DNA of 64,000 nt from Deltaproteobacteria bacterium (GTDB taxonomy: Bacteria; Desulfobacterota; GWC2-55-46). The stretch spans positions 217 to 64,216 of the forward strand of contig JACREU010000091.1 of NCBI GenBank assembly GCA_016212705.1, read 5' to 3'. The notes under the pieces are model-generated. The model had not been told where the DNA came from. It was given only the letters and a program-made list of their open reading frames with translations, and ran no database searches. Below are positions 1 through 10,281 of the stretch, piece after piece. Made by a program: the position numbers and the translations under genes. The first letter of the stretch is position 1. Every line of letters begins with the position of its first letter.

Positions 1-474
1 TCCAGAAAGGACCAGATGGAGCTCGCCGAGGAGTACGACTTAAACGACTACCCTTGCCCGTCCGGAGGGTGTTTATTGACCGACAAGATATTCTCGAAGA
101 AGGTCAGGGACCTGATATTCAATAAGAAGGACGTGAGCAAGAAAGACCTCGCGCTACTTAAGTCCGGCAGGCACTTCAGGTACAACGGAGTGAAGATAGT
201 AGTCGGGAGGAACGAATCAGACAACTCGAAGCTCAAAAACCTCGTCCAGCCGGGCGACACGCTCGTCGAGCCCTCGGGGTTCCACGGGCCAGTGGCCATA
301 GTCGCGGGGGAGGCAGGCGACGCGATAGCCTTCGCCGCCGGCCTCATCGTCAGGTACGCGCTCGACAAGGCCGGGGCGGACCCGGTCGTCACGGCATCGC
401 GTAACGGCGAGGCGAGGGATATGCGCCCGGCCCCGGTCTCCGACGTCGTGGTCGAGGAGACGCGCATATGCTGA
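1..474 (+). CDS. C-terminal part of a PP-loop ATPase/thiouridylase-like protein (5' end outside window)
   Basis: Frame 1 is open from nt 1 (SRKDQ precedes the first Met at 16). The CPSGGCLLTD and KIVVGRNESDN motifs recall the NFACT-R/DUF814-like C-terminal module fused to PP-loop ATPases (from memory). The stop overlaps the start of the next PP-loop gene. Confidence 0.45.
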   Translation, partial: SRKDQMELAEEYDLNDYPCPSGGCLLTDKIFSKKVRDLIFNKKDVSKKDLALLKSGRHFRYNGVKIVVGRNESDNSKLKNLVQPGDTLVEPSGFHGPVAIVAGEAGDAIAFAAGLIVRYALDKAGADPVVTASRNGEARDMRPAPVSDVVVEETRIC

Positions 475-1340
475 ACGATGCCGTCGTCTGCGCGGGCGGA
501 AGGGACCTCCTCATAACGGGTGAGAAAAAGGCGGACGCCGTCGGTAAGCTCGAAAGGCTCAAGGCTATTATCGAGGAGATGGGCTCGGTCCTCGTAGCCT
601 TCTCCGGCGGGGTCGACTCGACCTTCCTCCTTAAAGTCGCGTCAGACGCGCTCAAAGACAGGTGCGCCGCGATAACCGCGACGTCCCCGACCTACCCGGA
701 AAGGGAGTTCAAGGAGGCGGTCAGGCTCGCGGACTCCATGAAGGTAAGGCACATAATAGTAGAGTCTAACGAGCTCCTCATACCGAACTTCGCCGACAAC
801 ACGGAGAAGCGGTGCTATTACTGCAAGAGCGAGCTCTTTAAAATCTCGGTCGATAACGCGCGTTCGCTCGGCTTCAACCACGTCGCGGACGGCTCCAACG
901 CCGACGACCTCCTCGACTTCAGGCCCGGCAAGACCGCGGCAAACGAGCTCGGCGTCAGGAGCCCTCTTCAGGAAGCTGGCCTTACAAAAGACGAGATACG
1001 GATACTCAGCCGGGAGATGAATCTACCCACCTGGGACAAACAAAGCTTCGCGTGCCTCTCGTCCCGCTTCCCTTACGGGACGGCGATAACGGAAGAGAGG
1101 CTCTCGATGGTCTCCGAAGGCGAAGACCTCTTGCGCGACCTCGGGTTCAATCAGTTCAGGGTGAGGTACCACGGCGAGACCGTAAGGATAGAGGTCGAGG
1201 CAAAGGCGATAGCGAGGTTCCTTGACGAGGACCTCAGAAAAAAGATAGTCGCGGGCTTTAAAGACATAGGCTTCATATACATAACCCTCGACCTCCAGGG
1301 CTACAGGACCGGCTCCATGAACGAGGTGCTGGGTAGCTGA
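468..1340 (+). CDS. larE: LarE-family PP-loop ATP-dependent sulfur transferase (COG1606-like)
   Basis: PP-loop VAFSGGVDSTFLL. Cys triad CYYCK ... ACLSSRFPYG as in LarE homologues. 290-aa ORF. Confidence 0.75.
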   Translation: MLNDAVVCAGGRDLLITGEKKADAVGKLERLKAIIEEMGSVLVAFSGGVDSTFLLKVASDALKDRCAAITATSPTYPEREFKEAVRLADSMKVRHIIVESNELLIPNFADNTEKRCYYCKSELFKISVDNARSLGFNHVADGSNADDLLDFRPGKTAANELGVRSPLQEAGLTKDEIRILSREMNLPTWDKQSFACLSSRFPYGTAITEERLSMVSEGEDLLRDLGFNQFRVRYHGETVRIEVEAKAIARFLDEDLRKKIVAGFKDIGFIYITLDLQGYRTGSMNEVLGS

Positions 1341-4061
1341 CTAAGGCCTCAACAGCCCCTGGCTTTCGCTCCGGGCCTCGTCGAGCCACTGGTGGAAGTG
1401 GTATTTGACGAGCTGTCTGAAGAACTCGCCTTCTGAGTTGAGCATCTCGTAGATGACCATGGGGATATTCGTCTCGAAGCCCTTGAATATGACCTCGCCG
1501 CTTTTGAAGAAGGCCTCCGTCCGTTCCGAGTTTTTTATGGTCTCTGTCGAGAACCAGAATTCGAGCGGCGTGGCCGGGAAGAAGAAGGCGTCGCGGATGG
1601 CGCTGTCGAGGTCTTTTGGCTCGACGGTCTTTTTGAAGAAGAACTTGGTGCCCTTCTTCTCGCGCATGTAGGCGTCCAGCGCGTTTACGCTTATCGCCTG
1701 CCCCTTGTTATAGATGTCGGTCGTCGAGGAGATAATCCTTAAGTTTGTAAAGGCCTCGCCTGCGATTATCTTCTTAAGGTCAGTGAAGAACTCGTTAGCC
1801 ATTATCTGGGTCATGGCCTGCGCCGAGGCAGGCTTGCCGGAGCCTATGAGTTTCTCGAAGGCGTTTTCGAGCTCGGGCGGCATCTTTATGGAAAATACCC
1901 GGTCGATGTAGATGTCGAACGGGTATTTTACCTTCTGCCTGCGCCTGAGCCTCTCGTTTTCGAGGAGGAGTTCGAGCTTGGCCCTCACCATCGGGTTCCT
2001 GAACGTCCCTCTTGCCGCCTCGTTTATCTTCTCCCCTATGGCGACCTTTACCGGTCCCGAGAACTCGCCCCTGGGCTCTATGACGGTCGTCTCGGCCTTT
2101 GCGCCGTAAGAGATGTACAAGCCAGCCTCGAGTTCGCCTTTTATGGCGGCCTCGATCTCGTCCCTGTATGTGTTCTCGAGCCTGTGTTCCTCCTCGCCGA
2201 GGGAGACGAGCTTCAATTCCACGCCCGGCTCTTTCCTTTCGAGCGCCCTCTGCAGTTCGGTCCGCCTGAGTTTGAGCGCGTCCTTTTTTTCCTCGAAGGA
2301 CTTGTGGACCCCGTCGAGGATCTCTTCGTTCCTCATGGGCGGGAGTTTCTGGGCGAGCTGGTCCCTGTACCGTCTTATTATCTGCTGTATGTCGCGCGCG
2401 AGCGCTATGAGGTAGCTTACGCCGCCGGAGAATATCGCCGCGTCGCCGGGGAGGTTCGTGAGGTTTATGCCGCGCTCGTCGCTTGAGACCCCAATGCCGG
2501 CGCTGTACTGTGCCGCGGCGGAGAGGATAGGCTTGTAGAAGTGCTCATTCATGAACTCGGCCATCGCTATCTCCTTTACCTTGAGCGTCTTCCTGGTAAA
2601 GTCCTTCATGTCGATGAAGAGCTGGCCCTCCTCTTCGGTCGCGAGAGTTTTCAGAATGACCCTGTCGTCAACGGAGAACCTGTATAGGCGTCCCCTGTTG
2701 TATTCCTCTACGAGCATGTTCTGGTTGAACTCGCCCCTCCTGTCGGCGAGGGAGGCGCGCATCGGCCCCTCGAAGCCCTCTATGTGGTCGTCGAAGGCCG
2801 AGGCGCAGTAGCCCTCGACCAGCGGGAGTATCGAATCGAGCTCCTTTTTGGAGCTTTTGAGGAGACCGCCGAGGACCGATTTTTTCGAGGAGAGGAAGGA
2901 CTGAAGCGAGTTTAAGCGCTCCACCCTTCTGCCGTCTTTCGTGAACCTTTTTTTGATATCTTCGAGCGCCCTGGCGAGGTTCTGCGACGCCTTCTGGTCG
3001 TTAAGGAGGTTCCTTATGAGACGGTCCTCGTTCAGAACGTCGTAGAGGACCGACTGGACCTCCGAGCCGGGTATGTCGAACTCCATGAGGTAGGCGAGCG
3101 CTTCTTCCCTGAACCTCGTCGCGTCGAGGATGGACCTTAAGCCTTCCATTATCCCGGACTTATGCCTGATCTCCTCTGAAATGGAGTTTATGAGGTCCAA
3201 TGAGGCGGCCTTGCCCGAGACGGGCATCGCGTGGCCGGATAAGAGCTCGATGACCTCGGCGTTGATTCCGTACGGGTTCAGCGTGTTCGCGAAGAGGGAC
3301 TGGGGTATGGAGAGGAACGACCTCGGCGTAAGCGCGGAGCGCAGGAGCGCGTCGTTAAGCGGCGTGTACGCGGCCGCGCCCTGGTCCCTGAGCTTGTCCA
3401 GCGTATCCATTACGGAGGTCCTTAAAGAGGTAAAGAGCGCCATGCCCACGGCGAGGTCTATCTTTTCGTAGGTGAGCCCCTTTATCCTGAAGCTCTTTAC
3501 CTTCTCTTTCTTCTTCCTTACGGTATTTACAGCCGCGAGAACGGCGAGGTACGCGGTCTTCTCATCGCCACCGTGCCGCGCCTCGTCCTTCAGGGCCTTT
3601 TCCACGAGTGCGGAAGCCCATTTTACGAATTTTTTCCCGTGGCCGTCGCCTGTGAGCCATCCGGCGAGCATGGCGCTGTCAAGGTAAGGCGTCGATGAGA
3701 GTATACCGGCGGCTAGCCTCTTCTCCAGCGAGTCCGACATGAAGAGGTCTGTCCTGAACGTCTTGTCCTTTATCTGGGGGACGGTGAAGATGATCGGCTG
3801 GGGGCCTTCCCTGCCTTCTATGGAAGGGGGCGAATACCTCTTGACCATGAGGGCGACGAGCGACTGGACGGCGTCATCGATGAACGCCTCGTCGTCGGCG
3901 CCCATGTGGAACGGGATCTTAAGCTCCGCGATATTTTCGCCGTGCCTGAAACGGAGCGACTTGGGCTCTATGGTCCATGGCCTGCCGTTCGTTACGTCGA
4001 GACCGAGTTTTAAGAGCGCGTCGTGAATCGAGAGGCGCTCCTGCGGGTATCCTGAGGGCAT
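1341..4061 (-). CDS. large uncharacterised protein with an internal class III nucleotidyl-cyclase-like core
   Basis: 906-aa uninterrupted ORF. Motifs LFIDMKDFT, PGDAAIF and AIGEKINEAARGT occur in canonical order at aa ~478-690. Confidence 0.6.
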   Translation of the reverse strand: MPSGYPQERLSIHDALLKLGLDVTNGRPWTIEPKSLRFRHGENIAELKIPFHMGADDEAFIDDAVQSLVALMVKRYSPPSIEGREGPQPIIFTVPQIKDKTFRTDLFMSDSLEKRLAAGILSSTPYLDSAMLAGWLTGDGHGKKFVKWASALVEKALKDEARHGGDEKTAYLAVLAAVNTVRKKKEKVKSFRIKGLTYEKIDLAVGMALFTSLRTSVMDTLDKLRDQGAAAYTPLNDALLRSALTPRSFLSIPQSLFANTLNPYGINAEVIELLSGHAMPVSGKAASLDLINSISEEIRHKSGIMEGLRSILDATRFREEALAYLMEFDIPGSEVQSVLYDVLNEDRLIRNLLNDQKASQNLARALEDIKKRFTKDGRRVERLNSLQSFLSSKKSVLGGLLKSSKKELDSILPLVEGYCASAFDDHIEGFEGPMRASLADRRGEFNQNMLVEEYNRGRLYRFSVDDRVILKTLATEEEGQLFIDMKDFTRKTLKVKEIAMAEFMNEHFYKPILSAAAQYSAGIGVSSDERGINLTNLPGDAAIFSGGVSYLIALARDIQQIIRRYRDQLAQKLPPMRNEEILDGVHKSFEEKKDALKLRRTELQRALERKEPGVELKLVSLGEEEHRLENTYRDEIEAAIKGELEAGLYISYGAKAETTVIEPRGEFSGPVKVAIGEKINEAARGTFRNPMVRAKLELLLENERLRRRQKVKYPFDIYIDRVFSIKMPPELENAFEKLIGSGKPASAQAMTQIMANEFFTDLKKIIAGEAFTNLRIISSTTDIYNKGQAISVNALDAYMREKKGTKFFFKKTVEPKDLDSAIRDAFFFPATPLEFWFSTETIKNSERTEAFFKSGEVIFKGFETNIPMVIYEMLNSEGEFFRQLVKYHFHQWLDEARSESQGLLRP

Positions 4062-4248
4062 CTTGTCCGTTTTTTTAGAGAAAATCGCTTAAATTCCCGA
4101 TATTTACTTAAGTCTATAATAAATAAACGGTTAAATCAAGGGCGCAAGTCACAGGAATCATAAGCCTTGTATGTTTCCGCCAAAATAGTTAAAATAATCC
4201 AATTAAGACGCTGTCTTACAGACTTAGAGGGGCTCTCCCCGGGTAAAA

Positions 4249-6153
4249 ATGCGGAACGTTTCTTCGGCAAACAATAATTGCGGCCCCTCGGGGCAAGGGG
4301 AAAAAGACCTTTTTCATGTCGCGGTCCTCGTTGTCGTCGCAGTCATAGCGGTCGCGTATTCCAACACGCTTTTCGCCCCGTTCCAGTTCGACGACCACCT
4401 GTATGTCATAGACTACAACGCCGGCAAGGGGCTCGGCGCGTTCTGGCCGCCCTCAGGGACGCGGTATGTGACTTATTTGAGCTTCGCCCTCAACTACCGA
4501 TTCGGCGGGCTCTCTACCTTCGGCTATCACCTCGTAAACATCATCATACACGCGCTCAATTCCATCGGCGTCTACCTGCTCGTCGCGTGGATAGTGAGGG
4601 CGCCGTTATTAAAGGGAAGGGTCGCGCTCGCGCCCTCTATCGCGCTCCTTTCAGCGGTCCTCTTCGCCGCGCACCCGGTACAGACTGAGGCGATAACCTA
4701 CATAAGCCAGAGGTTTGCCTCCCTTGCAACGCTATTCTACGTCTATTCCATCGTCTTTTACCTCAAATGGCGTCTCTCCGGCGCCTCGCGCCAAAGGTGG
4801 TTTTTTTATCTATCCTCGATAGCGCTGGCCGTCCTCGCGCAGAAGACAAAGGAGATTGCGTTCACGCTCCCGTTCCTGCTCATTTTCTTCGAGTTCACGC
4901 TCTTTGAAAGGGGAGGCTACGGCGGAAGAATAGCGCGCCTCCTCCCATTCGCGCTCTGCCTCATCATAATACCGATGACCATCTACGGCCACGACCTCAT
5001 CCTCTGGGGCGGGGATAAGGCCGTCGGCGACGAGGTGAGGGGCCTTCAATTGAAAGACCTCCATTCCATCTCGAGGCACGATTACCTCTTGACCCAGTTC
5101 AGGGTCGTTGTAACTTATTTGCGGCTCATCGTCCTTCCCGTGGGACAGAACCTCGACTATGACTACCCGATGTACCGCTCGATTGCGGAGCCCGCCGTGT
5201 TCCTGTCCCTGGTTTTCGTCGCGTCCGTATTTTCCCTGGGCGTATGGCTCTTCGCGCGGTCTTGTCAAAAGGGGGGAGGGTACGGCGCTCTCGCGGGCCT
5301 CGGCGTCATCTGGTTCTTTGTGACGATCTCTATCGAGTCCTCGATAATCCCGATAAAGGACCTGATATTCGAGCACAGGCTCTATCTGCCGTCCGCGGGA
5401 GCCGCGCTATTTACGGCGACGGCCATATTTTTCCTGAAGGACAGAATCGCCCCCGGTCTAAAGACCGCCGCCTTTACCGCGCTTGCCGTAGCCGTGCTCG
5501 CGACCCCGCTCGGCGTGGCGACTTACATGAGGAACTCGCTCTGGAGCGACGAGGCGGCGATATTCGAGGACGCGGCGCGCAAATCCCCTGGCAAGGAGCG
5601 GGTCCACTACAACCTCGCGTGGGCGTACCAGAGGAAAGGGGAGAATGACAGGGCGATAGCCCACTATAAGGAGACTATACGGCTTAAGCCCGACAAGGAC
5701 AAGGCCCACTACAACCTCGCGGTCTTATACCAGACGACAGGGGACAACGCCGGGGCGCTCGAGCACTTCAAGGAGGTAGTCCGGCTCTCGCCCAATAACG
5801 CCGTTGCCCGCTACAACATGGCCGCCATTTACCACGACATGGGCGACGACCCCGGGGCCATAGAGAGCTACTCGGAGGCGATACGGATAAACCCCGGCTA
5901 CGGGGACGCGCACTTTAATATCGCCTGGCTCTACAAGGAGGCCGGGGACTTTAAAAGGGCTGAGGCGCACCTCCATGCGGTCATAGCCCTCGCCCCGGAA
6001 AGCGCGGACGCCCGCTATAACCTCGGGCTCATCTATTCGAAGGCGGGCCGCCCCGATCTGGCGGCGCAGGAGCTCAAGGCCGCGCTTGAGATAAACCCCG
6101 GTTACAATGACGCGGCTTTAGAGCTCGCGCGGCTCACGGGAGGGGCGAGGTAG
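4249..6153 (+). CDS. GT-C type membrane glycosyltransferase (PMT_2/TMTC-like) with C-terminal TPR repeats, paralogue 1
   Basis: About 11 hydrophobic segments. N-terminal loop motif NTLFAPFQFDD. Conserved YRP/HL(V)N/KE(I)A motifs shared with the three paralogues. At least 5 TPR units (AHYNLA..., ARYNLG...). Confidence 0.7.
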   Translation: MRNVSSANNNCGPSGQGEKDLFHVAVLVVVAVIAVAYSNTLFAPFQFDDHLYVIDYNAGKGLGAFWPPSGTRYVTYLSFALNYRFGGLSTFGYHLVNIIIHALNSIGVYLLVAWIVRAPLLKGRVALAPSIALLSAVLFAAHPVQTEAITYISQRFASLATLFYVYSIVFYLKWRLSGASRQRWFFYLSSIALAVLAQKTKEIAFTLPFLLIFFEFTLFERGGYGGRIARLLPFALCLIIIPMTIYGHDLILWGGDKAVGDEVRGLQLKDLHSISRHDYLLTQFRVVVTYLRLIVLPVGQNLDYDYPMYRSIAEPAVFLSLVFVASVFSLGVWLFARSCQKGGGYGALAGLGVIWFFVTISIESSIIPIKDLIFEHRLYLPSAGAALFTATAIFFLKDRIAPGLKTAAFTALAVAVLATPLGVATYMRNSLWSDEAAIFEDAARKSPGKERVHYNLAWAYQRKGENDRAIAHYKETIRLKPDKDKAHYNLAVLYQTTGDNAGALEHFKEVVRLSPNNAVARYNMAAIYHDMGDDPGAIESYSEAIRINPGYGDAHFNIAWLYKEAGDFKRAEAHLHAVIALAPESADARYNLGLIYSKAGRPDLAAQELKAALEINPGYNDAALELARLTGGAR

Positions 6154-6157
6154 GTTT

Positions 6158-7783
6158 GTGATAAGGCCCTGTAAAATCATACCCGCCCTTGTTGTCGTTG
6201 CCGCGGTCTTCGCGGTCTACGCGCAGACGCTTCAAAACGGCTTCGTCTACGACGACAACCACATCATACTCGCCAACGAGTGGATAAGGGACCTTGCGCG
6301 CATCCCGGATATACTCACGTCTTCGACCATATTCGCGGACCCGGCGCGCTCCGCCTCAAACACATACAGGCCGCTCCTCTTCCTCGTATTCATGGCCGAG
6401 CAATTCGTATTCGGGCTTGAGTCCCCCTGGGGCTTTCACCTCGTGAACGTCTCCTTGCTTGCGCTTAACGGCTGTCTCCTTTACGGGATAGCATCGATGC
6501 TGTTTGCGAAGGATGAGGAGGGACATGCCTCCGGTTACGGGTTTTTGCCTCCGCTCCTCGCCTCTCTTGTCTTTACGCTCCATACGATAAATTCAGAGGC
6601 CGCCAACTGGGCGTCCGCCCAGGCGGAGCTCCTTTTTACGGCCCTCTTCCTCGCCGCCTTCTGGATATATACGAAAGGCGGGAGAGAGGCGGTTGGGAGG
6701 GTAGCCGTTTCCGTTCTTGTCTATTTCTTAGCCCTCCTTGTCAAGGAGACTGCGATAATACTCCCGGCGCTCCTCTTCGCCTTCGACCTCATCCATGACG
6801 GCAGAAGGATATTCAAGAGGGCGTTCAATTACGCGATATTCTTCGGCGCGGCGGTAGTGTATATGGCCATAAGGACTTACGCCGTCGGCGGCGTCATCCA
6901 GCACAGGCAGGCGCCGTTAACCGGCGTAGAGCTCGTGATAAATATATTCCCGCTCGTCTTTCAATACGCCTGGAAGCTCGTCTACCCGACGGGCTTATCA
7001 GCGCTCTACGAGCTCCATGCGATAAAGTCGTTTGACCTGAACGCCGCGGCGGGCATCGCGGTGACAGCGGCCTTTGTCGCGGCGTTCGTCGTATTCAGGA
7101 GAAGGCGCGCGGTCTTCCTCGGGCTCATCATGATGGGGCTCCCGTTGCTCCCCGTGCTCTACATCCCCGCGTTGTCCACGTCCGCCTCAGCCGACAGGTA
7201 CATGTACCTGCCGACCGCCGGGTTCGGCATCATCGTCGGCTGTATAGTTGAGGCTGTCTTCAGGGGGAAGCTAAAGGCCGCTTTTTCCGTAGCTATTATC
7301 GCCGTCATGATAGCGGTCACTGCCGCTTACGCGTTTGCTTCCTTTGAAAGGGTTGCCGTATGGAGGGACGACTTCGCCCTCTGGTCGGATACCGTCAGGA
7401 AGTCGCCGGGGAGCAGGTACGCGCATTATAACCTCGCGCTCGCGTACCAGGACAGGGGCGATCTTGATAACGCCATAGTAGAGTTCAAGGCGGCGATAAA
7501 GGCCGCCCCCGGCTACGAGGACGCCCACTACAATCTCGCGTGGTGCTACCAGTCAAAAGGTGATAGCATTAACGCGGCCGTCCACTACAGGGAGGTCCTG
7601 AGGCTCGATCCAGGCTCCGCGGACGCGCACTACAACCTCGGGCTCATATACAGGGGTGAATCGTTTTTTGATGAGGCGGCTTTCGAGTTCAGGGAGGCGC
7701 TCCGGCTGAAACCCGGCTATGCCGAGGCAACAGGGGCCCTTGCGGAGATTCCAGGGGCCATTGGAGGGGTTACTGCGCGATGA
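6158..7783 (+). CDS. GT-C type membrane glycosyltransferase (PMT_2/TMTC-like) with C-terminal TPR repeats, paralogue 2
   Basis: LQNGFVYDDNHII, YRPLLFL, WGFHLVNV and LLVKETA motifs. C-terminal TPRs (AHYNLALAYQDRGD...). Confidence 0.7.
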   Translation: MIRPCKIIPALVVVAAVFAVYAQTLQNGFVYDDNHIILANEWIRDLARIPDILTSSTIFADPARSASNTYRPLLFLVFMAEQFVFGLESPWGFHLVNVSLLALNGCLLYGIASMLFAKDEEGHASGYGFLPPLLASLVFTLHTINSEAANWASAQAELLFTALFLAAFWIYTKGGREAVGRVAVSVLVYFLALLVKETAIILPALLFAFDLIHDGRRIFKRAFNYAIFFGAAVVYMAIRTYAVGGVIQHRQAPLTGVELVINIFPLVFQYAWKLVYPTGLSALYELHAIKSFDLNAAAGIAVTAAFVAAFVVFRRRRAVFLGLIMMGLPLLPVLYIPALSTSASADRYMYLPTAGFGIIVGCIVEAVFRGKLKAAFSVAIIAVMIAVTAAYAFASFERVAVWRDDFALWSDTVRKSPGSRYAHYNLALAYQDRGDLDNAIVEFKAAIKAAPGYEDAHYNLAWCYQSKGDSINAAVHYREVLRLDPGSADAHYNLGLIYRGESFFDEAAFEFREALRLKPGYAEATGALAEIPGAIGGVTAR

Positions 7784-8526
7784 AGAACGGCAAGGTGCTC
7801 TCCGTCATAATGCCTTCGTACAACGAGGGCGCGCACATCCGGAAGAACGTCGTTGAAACATGGGAGACGCTCGAGAAGGTCTGGGGCGATTCTTTCGAGA
7901 TAATAGTAGTCGACGACGGGAGCTCTGACAATACCCACGCGGAGGCACTGGCCGCTTCAAATATGCGCTCGCGCGTAAAGGTCGTCCATTACGCTGATAA
8001 CCGCGGCAAGGGCGGGGCGCTGAAGGAGGGGTTCAGGAACGCGGCTGGAGACTATATTGCCTTCCTGGACGCGGACCTCGACCTCCACCCCTCTCAGATA
8101 CCGGCGCTATTCAAGGTGATGGAGGAAAGCGGGGCCCAGGTAGTGATAGGGTCCAAGCACCACCCCTCTTCCGCCCTCAAGTACCCCGTGCGCCGGAGGA
8201 TAATTAGCAGGGTATACGCAACAGCTCTGAAGTTCCTCTTCAAGCTCCCCGTCCGGGACACGCAGACCGGGATCAAGATATTCAAGGCCGAGGTGCTTAA
8301 AAGGATATTCCCGAGGGTCGTCTGCGCGAGGTACGCCTACGACCTCGAGATACTCGCAAACGCGCACCGTCTCGGCTACACGATAGCCGAGACGCCGATA
8401 GTCCTTAACTTCCAGAGGGTCGCAAAATGGGGGAGGATAAGGACGAGAGACCTCTACCTCGCGGGAATGGACACGCTCGCCATATTTTACAGGATGTACT
8501 TTACTCGGCACTACAAGGGGATCTGA
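7780..8526 (+). CDS. family 2 glycosyltransferase, polyprenyl-phosphate mannose/glucose synthase-like (DPM1/GtrB-like, soluble form)
   Basis: SVIMPSYNEG...IIVVDDGSSDNT...FLDADLD (GT2 DxD). 248 aa with no C-terminal TM segments. Start overlaps the upstream stop (ATGA). Confidence 0.75.
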   Translation: MKNGKVLSVIMPSYNEGAHIRKNVVETWETLEKVWGDSFEIIVVDDGSSDNTHAEALAASNMRSRVKVVHYADNRGKGGALKEGFRNAAGDYIAFLDADLDLHPSQIPALFKVMEESGAQVVIGSKHHPSSALKYPVRRRIISRVYATALKFLFKLPVRDTQTGIKIFKAEVLKRIFPRVVCARYAYDLEILANAHRLGYTIAETPIVLNFQRVAKWGRIRTRDLYLAGMDTLAIFYRMYFTRHYKGI

Positions 8527-8532
8527 CGCGCC

Positions 8533-10281
8533 ATGCGCTCTGAAAGGGGGCTTAGACTGTTCTTTATCGCGATAGCCGCGCTCGTCTCATTCGCGGTCTA
8601 CGCTAACACCCTTGGGAACGGGTTCGTCTACGACGACCACCTGCAGATAGAGAAGAACGTCTGGCTCGTGTCCTTCTCCAGCATACCCGATATACTCACA
8701 AGCCATGTCTACGGTTTCAAGCAGGAGATCAAGGTAACGGGCTCATACAGGCCGCTATTCATGCTCGTCTATCTCTTCGAATACGCCGCATTCGGAATGA
8801 AACCCTGGGGCTGGCACCTCGTGAACGTCTCCCTCCACGCCGTTTCCGTTATAATGGTATTTCTCATAGCCGATACCCTGACAAGAGGACGACGCGCAGA
8901 GGCCGGGGCGCCGCAGGTAAGGCTCGTAGCCCCGTTCATAGCCTCTCTCCTCTTCGCCGTTCACCCGGCGCACAACGAGCCGGTGGCGTGGGTCGCCTGC
9001 GTCCCGGACCTCTCGTACACGGCGCTCTACCTCGTTGCGTTATATATTTCCATAAGGTCTACGCGCGCCTTAGCCGTTGTACCGGCGATCATTTATCTCA
9101 TCGCCCTCCTTTTTAAAGAGACGGCTGTTACGCTCCCCCTTGCGGTATTCGCCTGCGACAGGCTCATTGCCGAAGAAAAGACGGACAGCCTCAGGCGTTA
9201 CCTCCCATTCGTTGCGGCGCTCGCATTATATCTGGCCTTCCGGCGCTTGTTCCTCGGCGGCCTCGCGGGCGCGCCCTCGATGCACCCGTATATGGACGCG
9301 GGCATGACAGTCATAAACGCCGTCATATTCTTTGCCGGATATCTCCGCGCGCTCGTCTTCCCTTATTGGTTCGAGCCCTTCAGAGTATTCGCCCCGGCTG
9401 TCTCGATGGCGGATCCGAGGTTCATATCCGGCGCGCTCGCCGTATCAGCCGTCATAGCGGCGGTCATATACTGCCGTAAAAGGCACCCGCTCTCGGCGTT
9501 CTCACTTATCTTTTTTTCGATCGCCATACTCCCAGCGCTCTACATACCGGGCCTCAGCCAGAACCCGTTCGCCGAGAGGCAGGCCTATCTGCCCTCTGCC
9601 GGGCTCGCGATAGGGGCTGCGGCAGTTTCGTCCCGAATGATCGGTGAGAGGGTTTCGCGCGCAGTCCTCGCGCTCGCGCTCCTTCTCGTGATTACATCCG
9701 TCCTCTCATACGCCGCTATAACTCGTAACTTCGCCTGGAAAGACGACCTCTCCATCTGGACCGCCTCGGCGGTCTCTCAGGAAGGCAATTATCTCGCCTC
9801 GCACAATATCGCCGTTGAGCGCGTGATAGCAGGGGAAGCCGGCTCCGCCATATTCGATTACAGGGAATCGATACGGATGAACAAGGAGAGAGTATTCCCG
9901 GATGAAAAGACCCTTGTGCTGTCGAACCTGTATCTCGGAAAGATATACGCGGGCAAGGGCCTGCAGAGGGAGGCTGTTGCAAGGTTTAAGGAGGCCTTAC
10001 GGCTCAAGCCTGACCTCCCGGAGGCCCGTTTAGACCTCGCGCGCGCGCTGGAGGCGTCCGGCGACCCCGCGGGGGCGGTTATCGAATACAACAGGGCGCT
10101 CGGTCTGCCCTGGAGGAGGGAGGACCTCAAGGCCATATACAGGGACCTCGGCAGGACGCTTGCCGGACTCGGCATGCATGATGACGCGCTTCTGAGCCTC
10201 GAAGAGGCCCTGAAGCTCGACCCCGACGACGCGGATACGGCAAGGGACCTCGCGCTCGCAAGGAGGTTGTCCGGGAGATGA
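8533..10281 (+). CDS. GT-C type membrane glycosyltransferase (PMT_2/TMTC-like) with C-terminal TPR repeats, paralogue 3
   Basis: LGNGFVYDDHLQI, YRPLFML, WGWHLVNV and LLFKETA motifs. TPR-like C-terminus. Confidence 0.7.
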   Translation: MRSERGLRLFFIAIAALVSFAVYANTLGNGFVYDDHLQIEKNVWLVSFSSIPDILTSHVYGFKQEIKVTGSYRPLFMLVYLFEYAAFGMKPWGWHLVNVSLHAVSVIMVFLIADTLTRGRRAEAGAPQVRLVAPFIASLLFAVHPAHNEPVAWVACVPDLSYTALYLVALYISIRSTRALAVVPAIIYLIALLFKETAVTLPLAVFACDRLIAEEKTDSLRRYLPFVAALALYLAFRRLFLGGLAGAPSMHPYMDAGMTVINAVIFFAGYLRALVFPYWFEPFRVFAPAVSMADPRFISGALAVSAVIAAVIYCRKRHPLSAFSLIFFSIAILPALYIPGLSQNPFAERQAYLPSAGLAIGAAAVSSRMIGERVSRAVLALALLLVITSVLSYAAITRNFAWKDDLSIWTASAVSQEGNYLASHNIAVERVIAGEAGSAIFDYRESIRMNKERVFPDEKTLVLSNLYLGKIYAGKGLQREAVARFKEALRLKPDLPEARLDLARALEASGDPAGAVIEYNRALGLPWRREDLKAIYRDLGRTLAGLGMHDDALLSLEEALKLDPDDADTARDLALARRLSGR

